A stretch of 64,000 nucleotides of DNA from IMG/VR virus record IMGVR_UViG_3300008267_000012; one strand, given 5' to 3'. The translations under genes and the position numbers were made by a program. The stretch is from a virus. Lineage: Duplodnaviria > Caudoviricetes. Shown in pieces: positions 47,236 to 54,707 of this stretch (positions within the stretch are counted from its first letter, which is position 1; every line of letters begins with the position of its first letter). The notes below the pieces were generated by a model. That model did not search any database, was not told where the DNA came from, and saw only the letters and a list, made by a program, of their open reading frames with translations.

Positions 47236-47293
47236 TTTATTTTTTGTTTGTGATATACTATATGAACTCACCCAACAAATCTTACAAAAAATT

Positions 47294-47620
47294 TTAAAAA
47301 CTTTTTAATCCTTTGGAAATCAGAAAGTTCTGAATGTTTTTGTTTGGTGAATCTATTGGAACAAGACCACCTTCTGAATAAATATCTTCAAATTCTTGAA
47401 CAAGGGATTCAATTAATTTAATTACTCCATCATCACCAAGTTCAGATTTTGCTTTAAGTACAATTTCTGCATCTTGATTTTGAGAAACTATTTTAGTAAT
47501 AAAATAATTTGTTTTGTTCCAAGAATTAATGACATTCTTTGTTAAATCTAAAACTTTTTTTGTATCTTTTGATGGACATACTTTTTCCATTAATGATAAT
47601 AAATCAAATACTCTTTTCAT
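47294..47620 (-). CDS. Hypothetical protein
   Basis: Partial element (AAATCTTACA) upstream near 47668. Confidence 0.65.
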   Translation of the reverse strand: MKRVFDLLSLMEKVCPSKDTKKVLDLTKNVINSWNKTNYFITKIVSQNQDAEIVLKAKSELGDDGVIKLIESLVQEFEDIYSEGGLVPIDSPNKNIQNFLISKGLKSF

Positions 47621-47783
47621 AAATATTTTTAATAATGTTACCCTATAAGATAGGAATTAGAGGTTCAAATCTTACAATCTTTTTTGCACTCTTTTGAGCA
47701 ATTTTTTGAATAGGTTGCACAACTTTTTGGAGCAGCGCACGAATAAAATAAAACAGAAATTGTGATTATAGTGATTATCTTTT

Positions 47784-48461
47784 TCATTTTATATTAAATA
47801 GTGCATCACTCCATTGTTGTGCAATAGCATCAGCAATACCTTGAAAGGTTTTACTTCTCAATGTTCTTCTTTCTGCATCAGTCTTTGCTTGTGCAATAGC
47901 ATCAGCATACCATTTAGGCATTTTCTTTCCACTACTGAAAGTAACAAACTCACCTTTTCCTACTACATTAGTAGGAGTAAGTTGTGGAAGATTCTTTAAC
48001 CAAAGACAAGTTGATTTACTTGCTTCATCACCAAACATAAAAGGTTGAACTATTTGGTCAGGTTTTCTCCATTTTGTAGATAAAAGACCAATAGGGTTTT
48101 CTATCGCAACCATTGGTATCTTACAATTATACAATGCTTTTACAAACTCAACACTATCCAACATATCTTTTCTTCTATTAGGATATTTTGGGTGTGGTCT
48201 TCTATCTTCAAAAGGTAAATCTTTATCTTCAGGATGCGACAACCATTGAACACCACTACTTGTAAGATAAGTACAAGGAGGGTGAGCAATCATCATATCC
48301 CAATTTTCCCTTTCAATAACATTGAATACATCATCTTGGTAATGCCATTCGGGATGACCACCACTACAAGGAAGTAAGTCGCAAGAATAGGCTTCGTAAC
48401 CTAACTTTCTGAAAGCCAATGTAATGGCTTGGGATTCTTCACACGCAACGAGAATTTTCAT
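47784..48461 (-). CDS. DNA cytosine-5 methyltransferase-like protein
   Basis: MKILVACEES, catalytic-like HPPCT, ENPIG, QPFMFG, SKSTCLWL, RSKTFQGIA; partial 36-bp element upstream. Confidence 0.7.
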   Translation of the reverse strand: MKILVACEESQAITLAFRKLGYEAYSCDLLPCSGGHPEWHYQDDVFNVIERENWDMMIAHPPCTYLTSSGVQWLSHPEDKDLPFEDRRPHPKYPNRRKDMLDSVEFVKALYNCKIPMVAIENPIGLLSTKWRKPDQIVQPFMFGDEASKSTCLWLKNLPQLTPTNVVGKGEFVTFSSGKKMPKWYADAIAQAKTDAERRTLRSKTFQGIADAIAQQWSDALFNIK

Positions 48462-48547
48462 AACTTTTTTCTGCAATATATGAATAAGGTTTGAAAATCT
48501 TACATTTTTATGCAAAAAAAATGGGGGAAATTCCCCCATAATTTATT

Positions 48548-48754
48548 TTAAATTGAAACTTCGTATTCGTTTGTTTTGTCAGCAATATACAATCTTAATT
48601 CATCTAAAGATATAGATTCTTCATCAGTATATTTATCTTTGGAACGAATCATTTGTGTTATATCATATAGAATTGCTCTGTATCTCCAACCATTGATAGC
48701 ATTGTTGTATTGTTCTTGTTCTTCAATTCCATCAAATTCAAGAATTACTTTCAT
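48548..48754 (-). CDS. Hypothetical protein
   Basis: Intact ORF. Confidence 0.7.
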   Translation of the reverse strand: MKVILEFDGIEEQEQYNNAINGWRYRAILYDITQMIRSKDKYTDEESISLDELRLYIADKTNEYEVSI

Positions 48755-48756
48755 AA

Positions 48757-49443
48757 TTACTCTTTGTTTGCAGGTTGCTGATTAATATTAGGTTGCTGTT
48801 CTTGATTTGATGGTTTTTGTCGTTTTGGCATTTTTGCCACTTGTTCAAGCACATAATTTCTAAATTCTTTTATTGTACCTGTGTAATTTACACCTTTATT
48901 AAATTTAGTTGCATTTGATAACATTCTAATATTTTGAGGTGAGTAAATAAACATTGCACTATCAATAGTGGTAAAACCTTTTTTATCAGTATATTCAAAT
49001 GTGTGTATAAGTGCGTATGCTTCTTCGTTAGGATTCAATTTTTTAGTATTTTCTTTTAATGTTTTTAATAAAGTTTTTACTTTCAAATCAGGGTTTTGAT
49101 ACATTTTGATTGTTTTATAATCAATAGTATTAGGAGAAAGTCTTTTCCTAAATTGCATTTCTTGATTAATCATTTCTCTTTGATTTATCATTGAGAAAGG
49201 TGATAATTCATTTTCTTTTAATATATTTAAACCCATAGAATCTCCTTTAATAAAGTGGTCAATTTTTATTGTATCAACAAAAGTGGTTGTTATTCCTTTG
49301 TACTGATTGAATTTGTTTGCTAAAGAATCTTTAACATATTTTTCAACTGACTTTTTAATTTGGTCATCTCCATTATTGTTTACTTTTGCTGATGAGACGC
49401 AAATGATACTTAACATTGTAAGTGATAATAATAATTTTTTCAT
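48757..49443 (-). CDS. Secreted protein
   Basis: MKKLLLSLTMLSIICVSSA signal peptide; Gln-rich tail. Confidence 0.7.
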   Translation of the reverse strand: MKKLLLSLTMLSIICVSSAKVNNNGDDQIKKSVEKYVKDSLANKFNQYKGITTTFVDTIKIDHFIKGDSMGLNILKENELSPFSMINQREMINQEMQFRKRLSPNTIDYKTIKMYQNPDLKVKTLLKTLKENTKKLNPNEEAYALIHTFEYTDKKGFTTIDSAMFIYSPQNIRMLSNATKFNKGVNYTGTIKEFRNYVLEQVAKMPKRQKPSNQEQQPNINQQPANKE

Positions 49444-49479
49444 AGTTTTGATAATTTTAATATAAATAGTAAATTTTTA

Positions 49480-49794
49480 TTAGTTTCTTCTCAAGAAATT
49501 AAGACATTCTGTTAAATATTTTACAGATAGTTTATCATAATTAATTGAGAAAGTGTCATAAGGTTGTGCTTTTTTATATGTAACCGCAGTTATGTGATTC
49601 ATATGAAATCCTTGTATGAATCCTTTCTTAATACCATCATCATAAAAAACACCATCAACTGCTTTTGTATTACCTAAATGTAAAAAACTTGGTTTTGGAG
49701 GCATACAATTACCAACAATGTCCTCATAACAATGTATAGAACCATAGTTTTGAATGATTTCTTGAATCTGCTCAATTACTTCTTGTCTTTCCAT
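49480..49794 (-). CDS. Hypothetical protein
   Basis: Preceded by a TAATTTTG box. Confidence 0.65.
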   Translation of the reverse strand: MERQEVIEQIQEIIQNYGSIHCYEDIVGNCMPPKPSFLHLGNTKAVDGVFYDDGIKKGFIQGFHMNHITAVTYKKAQPYDTFSINYDKLSVKYLTECLNFLRRN

Positions 49795-49815
49795 TTTGCA
49801 AAATTAAGAAAAAAA

Positions 49816-49943
49816 ACAATGTTGGAAAAATTTTTTAACAATGTTCCCTTTTAAACAATGTTCGCTTAAAACAATGTTGGCTTAAAACAATGTTCCCTTT
49901 CAAACAATGTTAGGTTAAACAATGTTCTTTTTAGGAACAATGT
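49816..49943 (+). repeat. ACAATGT heptamer array (8 copies, 15-22-bp spacing)
   Basis: Copies at 49816, 49838, 49855, 49871, 49887, 49904, 49919, 49937; two more near 50511-50531. Confidence 0.92.
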
Positions 49944-50427
49944 ATTTTGAAATTTCAATTAATTTTTCAGTTTCTACAAGAGTAAGTACATCAATCATAT
50001 TTGTATATTTGTTTGGTCTTTTATACAAATGATACAATGTTGGTCTATCCTTATATTCTTTTATTGTATTTTTAGCAATAAAGTCTTGCAATACAAGTCT
50101 ATCAACTACAACCCATTTATCATTCATTTCAAATGCAAAACAATCTGCGCTACCATATAACCAACCTAAATGACGTTTTTCTAAAGTTTTACCTCTTTTA
50201 ATTTCAATCCATTGAATAGATTCATCAAATGGTTCATTTCTTTTTAATTTCTTTAATCCCTTAACATCTATTTTTAATTGTTCATTTTTAATTACAACAA
50301 AGACATCCCAATGTTCATAAATATCTTCTTTCTTTGTTGCTTCTCTGATAAATTCATCACAATCTTCTGCGAATCTTACCTCAACTTTTTTTGCAGTTTC
50401 TAATAAACCTGACCAATCATACCCCAT
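49915..50427 (-). CDS. PD-(D/E)xK nuclease-fold protein
   Basis: EHWDVFV...KIDVKG...WIEIK...GWLYGSADCFAFE. Confidence 0.6.
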   Translation of the reverse strand: MGYDWSGLLETAKKVEVRFAEDCDEFIREATKKEDIYEHWDVFVVIKNEQLKIDVKGLKKLKRNEPFDESIQWIEIKRGKTLEKRHLGWLYGSADCFAFEMNDKWVVVDRLVLQDFIAKNTIKEYKDRPTLYHLYKRPNKYTNMIDVLTLVETEKLIEISKYIVPKKNIV

Positions 50428-50530
50428 AATAATTTTTCTTTCTCTAAATATACATTCTTTTTGGGAGAAAAAGAAAAATCCCCATCAAAAGACAGGGATT
50501 TTTTTATTTAACAATGTTTGTTAAACAATG

Positions 50531-50974
50531 TTATTTATAACCTAAACCAAATGCAACACATTTGTTATTAGGATTTTTAATATCTTTCTTATCAAAAATG
50601 TATTCAATAGTATAGTCACCTGAGTATTTTGCGGTAAAGTCAAACACTTTACCATCACCCATATAGACATTTGATACAAACAATTTATCTTTAGAATCAT
50701 AAAGATTAATTATTACTCTACCCTCAAACCCTTCAGACACATCAACTAATCTATATTCCTCATTTTTAAATACACTAAAAGTTGCTTTAACAGCATCTTT
50801 TCTTTCAAATTCATTGTATGATTTGTATGCAAGAGATTCGTATATATATTCATCCAAAGAAAGGTTTACACTTTTTCTTATTGTTTTAGAATTGCATTGT
50901 GCAAAACTAGTTTGTGTCATTAGTATCAACATACTAACGATTACTGCGATGATTAAACCGACTCTTCTTTTCAT
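50531..50974 (-). CDS. Secreted protein
   Basis: Signal peptide ending SFAQC; beta-rich body. Confidence 0.65.
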   Translation of the reverse strand: MKRRVGLIIAVIVSMLILMTQTSFAQCNSKTIRKSVNLSLDEYIYESLAYKSYNEFERKDAVKATFSVFKNEEYRLVDVSEGFEGRVIINLYDSKDKLFVSNVYMGDGKVFDFTAKYSGDYTIEYIFDKKDIKNPNNKCVAFGLGYK

Positions 50975-51209
50975 TTTGTTTTTTTTGTTTATTGTTTTTG
51001 TTATTATTGTTTTGTAATAAAACCACAAAAACATTCTGCGATTATTTCGGATAAGAAATAACTTTATATAAACATTACAAAAAGGGGAGATTAATTATAG
51101 AAACTATACCGAAAGGTTATAGATATTTCTTATATATAGTACAAAAAAATAAGGATGTTAATAAAAACACCCTTATTTAATAAAGTTTTTTGTTAATAAA
51201 TGTTAATTT

Positions 51210-51641
51210 TTAGTCTATTGTAAATCCTCTTTCTCTATCTCTGTCTAGTTGACTTGCTTTATTTCTTACTGCTCTTTCACTATATTCTTGAAAACTAGGA
51301 TTAGTTATTTGAATCATCCTAGACCATATTTCATTTGGATTAATTTCAAAAATAGGTTCTTCACCATATTCTGATTTAAAACTATCAATAAATTTAGATA
51401 ATTCTTCTTTTGATTTTATACTTCTTAATGAATCACCGCCACTAGGAATATCTATTCTACTACCCCAACCTTCAATATTAAATCTAAATCCGTTATTTGC
51501 ATAATCTTCATATGTTTCAGGTAATTCAGAGAATGGAAATTGGTCTAATGCTTCATCACCTCTAACAACATTTTCATTGATAAAAGATTTCATATACTTT
51601 CTCAATGTCTTTAATTGCTTTTCTGTAATTATATATTTCAT
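51210..51641 (-). CDS. Hypothetical protein with IITEKQLKTL...FINE leader
   Basis: Shared leader motif. Confidence 0.7.
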   Translation of the reverse strand: MKYIITEKQLKTLRKYMKSFINENVVRGDEALDQFPFSELPETYEDYANNGFRFNIEGWGSRIDIPSGGDSLRSIKSKEELSKFIDSFKSEYGEEPIFEINPNEIWSRMIQITNPSFQEYSERAVRNKASQLDRDRERGFTID

Positions 51642-51666
51642 TGCTTTTTAATTATAAATAGTTAAA

Positions 51667-52545
51667 TTATTGTGTTGGACCATTATCTACTCTTGATTCT
51701 AATGTTGCTTCAATAGCATCAGGAAGACCTGAAAGAATATCATATCCTGTTGCAGTTTCAATAGCATCTACTGATGTTCTATATACTCCCCAACTTGTAC
51801 TAAGTGTATTAATATTAGGTGTATTAACTGCTATTACTCTTGTTGCAGTTGTTACTCTTGAAATATCATTTGTACCATTTGGTAATACAATAACTACTTT
51901 CCATATTTGTTTTGGTACTGTTACTCTACCTGCATCTATTGTTAATGTTGTTCCACCTTTTGAACCTGTGCCACCTTTACCATATGAACCACATATAATA
52001 TAACATTCATTTCCTTGTGAAACTAATGTTCTGCAATATGATTCAAGTCTTTCCCAAGTCTGTTGGTTATTAACAGGTGCTTGTGGCATCATATTAGTCA
52101 TTAAGAATGTTTCTCTATTATCTGTTGAAGAAAATGTTCTATCACCTGATGGACAATTATGACCTCTATCAAATCCTGAATTAGTATAAGATGAAGATGA
52201 AACTCTATAAACACCTGATGGCAATAAAACATCAGATGCAAAACAATCACATCTTGTTGCTGAACCTAACCAAGTATTATCTAAATGCCAGGATACCCAA
52301 TTAGGTTTACCTTCTGTTGAATTATAAGATAAACTATAAGTCATTTTCTGCATTAAATAATTTGTTGTAGACAATGTGCTTGCATTGCTTGGATTACCCA
52401 TTAACAAATTATCAGTTGCAATTCTTGCATTGGTATTATCAACTTGTTTAGTTATTACTTCTTGGTTTATTGGTTGAATAGAATCTTCTTTTTTACAGGA
52501 TAAAAGAGCAAAACCAATTAGTGAGATTAATAAAAGTTTTTTCAT
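51667..52545 (-). CDS. DNA/RNA non-specific endonuclease (NucA/EndA type), lipoprotein
   Basis: Lipobox LLSC; SYNS...WVSW; DRGHNCPSGDR; TFLMTNMMPQ...NQQTWERLE. Confidence 0.9.
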   Translation of the reverse strand: MKKLLLISLIGFALLSCKKEDSIQPINQEVITKQVDNTNARIATDNLLMGNPSNASTLSTTNYLMQKMTYSLSYNSTEGKPNWVSWHLDNTWLGSATRCDCFASDVLLPSGVYRVSSSSYTNSGFDRGHNCPSGDRTFSSTDNRETFLMTNMMPQAPVNNQQTWERLESYCRTLVSQGNECYIICGSYGKGGTGSKGGTTLTIDAGRVTVPKQIWKVVIVLPNGTNDISRVTTATRVIAVNTPNINTLSTSWGVYRTSVDAIETATGYDILSGLPDAIEATLESRVDNGPTQ

Positions 52546-52612
52546 AATAGTTTTCTTTTAAATAGAAAAGGTCACCAAAAGATGACCCTTTTAATATGAA
52601 AAAGTATGTAAA

Positions 52613-53260
52613 TTATTTTCCGTAAACTAAATTATTTTTACCACCTTCTGCTCTTTGGATTGCGAAGTTAGAAGAATAATCTTGTGTAACTTTATGTAAA
52701 AAATCTTTAACTATTTGTCTATCAATTTCAACTTCAGATAAAGGTAATTCAAGTGATTTAACTTTCAATACTTTCTTTAGTTCTGCTTTGAAAGAAGATG
52801 GTTTTAATTTACCTGTATTATCTGTTTTATTTTTAGTTGACATAAATACAGATTTACCACCTTCATTAACATTGTGGTCAACAGCACTAGTTGTCTTAAT
52901 AAGTTTTTCTAATTTAGTTTTTAAATCACTAACAATGTCTGTTGTGAACTTAACTTCTTTTTCAAACTTTGATTTAAGTTTGGTTGGTACTTTCAATCCT
53001 TTATTATGTTGACCTACTACCTGTAATACTTTTTCTAATTGAGATACAGAATCAATCTTTAAAACACTTTTATCAATAATTGGTTCTCTTTTTATAGGTT
53101 TTTCTTCTTTCTTTTCTTCCTTTTTTCCAAGTGGTTCAACACTTTTAAGTTCAACACCGCCTTTAAGTTTTGATTCTAATAGTTTTACTGCTTCTTTCTT
53201 ATTCTTTAGAAAGAATTTTAGTTTTGCTAATTGTTGCTCAGTAAGTATGAATTTTATCAT
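52613..53260 (-). CDS. Lys-rich hypothetical protein with ILTEQQL...LLE leader
   Basis: Shared leader; start moved to MIKFIL. Confidence 0.65.
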   Translation of the reverse strand: MIKFILTEQQLAKLKFFLKNKKEAVKLLESKLKGGVELKSVEPLGKKEEKKEEKPIKREPIIDKSVLKIDSVSQLEKVLQVVGQHNKGLKVPTKLKSKFEKEVKFTTDIVSDLKTKLEKLIKTTSAVDHNVNEGGKSVFMSTKNKTDNTGKLKPSSFKAELKKVLKVKSLELPLSEVEIDRQIVKDFLHKVTQDYSSNFAIQRAEGGKNNLVYGK

Positions 53261-53344
53261 TATTTCTTTTATATAAATAGTCATTTATAAAAAAACCCAT
53301 CAGAATATCTAATGGGTTTTAACTCATTTTACTAATATGTTGAT

Positions 53345-53581
53345 TCAATATGGTTTTTTCTTATGTATTTCTTCTTTAATGTCAAGAATAAAGAATGTTA
53401 TAAAGATTAAAGCTACAAAGATATCATCATTGGTTATAATGGTAGCAAAAGAACCTACAGGTTTAAATACTATCACATAGATTCTACTCAAAAACCAAAA
53501 GATGAATCCCACATAATAAACAATGTTCAAGAACATTTTTATTGTCTTCCATGTCGGCAAGTAATTTTTAAAATTTTTCAT
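53345..53581 (-). CDS. Two-TM membrane protein
   Basis: Two hydrophobic helices; TATATTTG box upstream. Confidence 0.65.
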   Translation of the reverse strand: MKNFKNYLPTWKTIKMFLNIVYYVGFIFWFLSRIYVIVFKPVGSFATIITNDDIFVALIFITFFILDIKEEIHKKKPY

Positions 53582-53599
53582 AAGACAAATATAAGATTT

Positions 53600-53779
53600 T
53601 TATTTGGAAATAAGAAATACACCAAGAGATAATAAAATTAAATTAATCAAAAGTGCGATAACAATCTGAGTTCTAAGTTCTTTTATTTCTTTAGGTAAAC
53701 TTGTCACTTGCCAAATCAAATGTGCAGATGACAAAATAAAATAGATAACTACTGAATAGATAAAAATTGTATGTAACAT
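53600..53779 (-). CDS. Small two-TM membrane protein (59 aa)
   Basis: Manual ORF MLHTIFIYSVVIYF... Confidence 0.55.
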   Translation of the reverse strand: MLHTIFIYSVVIYFILSSAHLIWQVTSLPKEIKELRTQIVIALLINLILLSLGVFLISK

Positions 53780-53795
53780 TGTGTGTGAAATTTAG

Positions 53796-53869
53796 TGTTC
53801 CCTACAGGGCTTGAACCTGTGACCTACTGATTATGAGTCAGTTGCTCTGACCAACTGAGCTAAGAGAAC
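53796..53869 (-). tRNA. tRNA with CAT anticodon (elongator Met or Ile2)
   Basis: Acceptor GTTCTCT/AGGGAAC with 1-72 paired (not initiator); ACTGA-CTCATAA-TCAGT; T-loop TTCAAGC. Confidence 0.92.
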
Positions 53870-53904
53870 GAATTGGTAATGCAAATATATAATATTTTTG
53901 ATTA

Positions 53905-54459
53905 CTACACAAATTTATTTTCTCTTATCCAAATTACACCAATATATTTTACTCCTGATTTAACAGGTAGTCCTGCGTGAAGACTATCATAATCCAATGA
54001 CCCATCTTTATTTATATTATCCCAAATAATCATTTTGTTTATTTCGGGTTTAATCATTTTATTTAATTTAGGGAAATGAGTTTCACCTCCTTCAAAATCA
54101 TCATTAAGATAAAACAATGCTGATTTTAATCTTTGTCCACCTCTATTGGTACAAACACTTTCATAATAATCTTGATTTGGGAAAAAGAAGTCATGATGTT
54201 CTTTATATTCTCCACCAATTTCATATCTAACAATGTGTAAGTCTTCCATATTTTCAATTGGAAGATTAGTATATTCAGACACAATTGACATTACATCTTT
54301 TGTAATATCTAAATCTTTAGATAACCATGTACCTTGTGCAGTTCTATAACCTTCAATTTGTTTACCAAGAGTTGTCATCTGAATAAGGGTCTTTTCAGCA
54401 ATTTCAATTAACTCTTTTGATTGACTTGATGTTAAGATGTTCTTTATTTCCAATACCAT
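53905..54459 (-). CDS. Prolyl 4-hydroxylase-like 2OG-Fe(II) oxygenase
   Basis: YKEHHDF, LFYLND.FEGGETHFP, SLHAGLPVKSGVKY. Confidence 0.88.
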   Translation of the reverse strand: MVLEIKNILTSSQSKELIEIAEKTLIQMTTLGKQIEGYRTAQGTWLSKDLDITKDVMSIVSEYTNLPIENMEDLHIVRYEIGGEYKEHHDFFFPNQDYYESVCTNRGGQRLKSALFYLNDDFEGGETHFPKLNKMIKPEINKMIIWDNINKDGSLDYDSLHAGLPVKSGVKYIGVIWIRENKFV

Positions 54460-54475
54460 ACAATAAATTACGATA

Positions 54476-54661
54476 TTATTTTGGTTTTTTTTTCAAATTT
54501 TTAAATTGTCGGGAGTTGTAATAATTGCTTTGATATTCATCATCTTGCTTTGTTCTTTTCTTGACATTGTATCTTGAATCCAATTCTGTTTTTAATGCAC
54601 CAGGATTATAGTATTGTGTTTTACAACTTAACATAAAGATTAACAATAATATCTTCTTCAT
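54476..54661 (-). CDS. Small lipoprotein
   Basis: MKKILLLIFMLSC lipobox. Confidence 0.65.
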   Translation of the reverse strand: MKKILLLIFMLSCKTQYYNPGALKTELDSRYNVKKRTKQDDEYQSNYYNSRQFKNLKKKPK

Positions 54662-54707
54662 TTACCCTTTTTCATAAATAGAAACTATTTATAGTAAATA
54701 TTTTAAA

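Larger units (their letters stand above)
24956..47286 (-). promoter_or_regulatory. Array of 30 leftward copies of a 36-bp element, coding-strand consensus TGTAAGATTT-N7-GA(G/A)(T/A)TCATATA(C/T)TATATTA (putative phage-specific promoter)
   Basis: Plus-strand starts (each 36 bp): 24956, 25707, 26296, 26865, 27143, 27717, 28366, 28786, 29193, 29643, 30604, 31188, 31678, 32044, 33168, 33501, 34050, 34356, 34867, 35245, 35587, 35988, 40516, 41609, 42751, 43385, 44629, 45255, 46337, 47251; each lies 0-25 nt upstream of a start codon. Confidence 0.88.

Noticed and set aside
24956-47286. 36-bp repeats as a CRISPR array
   Set aside because: The intervening sequences are whole genes of 200-4500 bp, the repeat has a variable central 7 nt, and no cas genes are present.
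51050-51130. Possible riboswitch or leader RNA upstream of the secreted protein gene
   Set aside because: Only one short hairpin (CTATA-CCGAAAGGT-TATAG) is visible, with no recognisable aptamer consensus.
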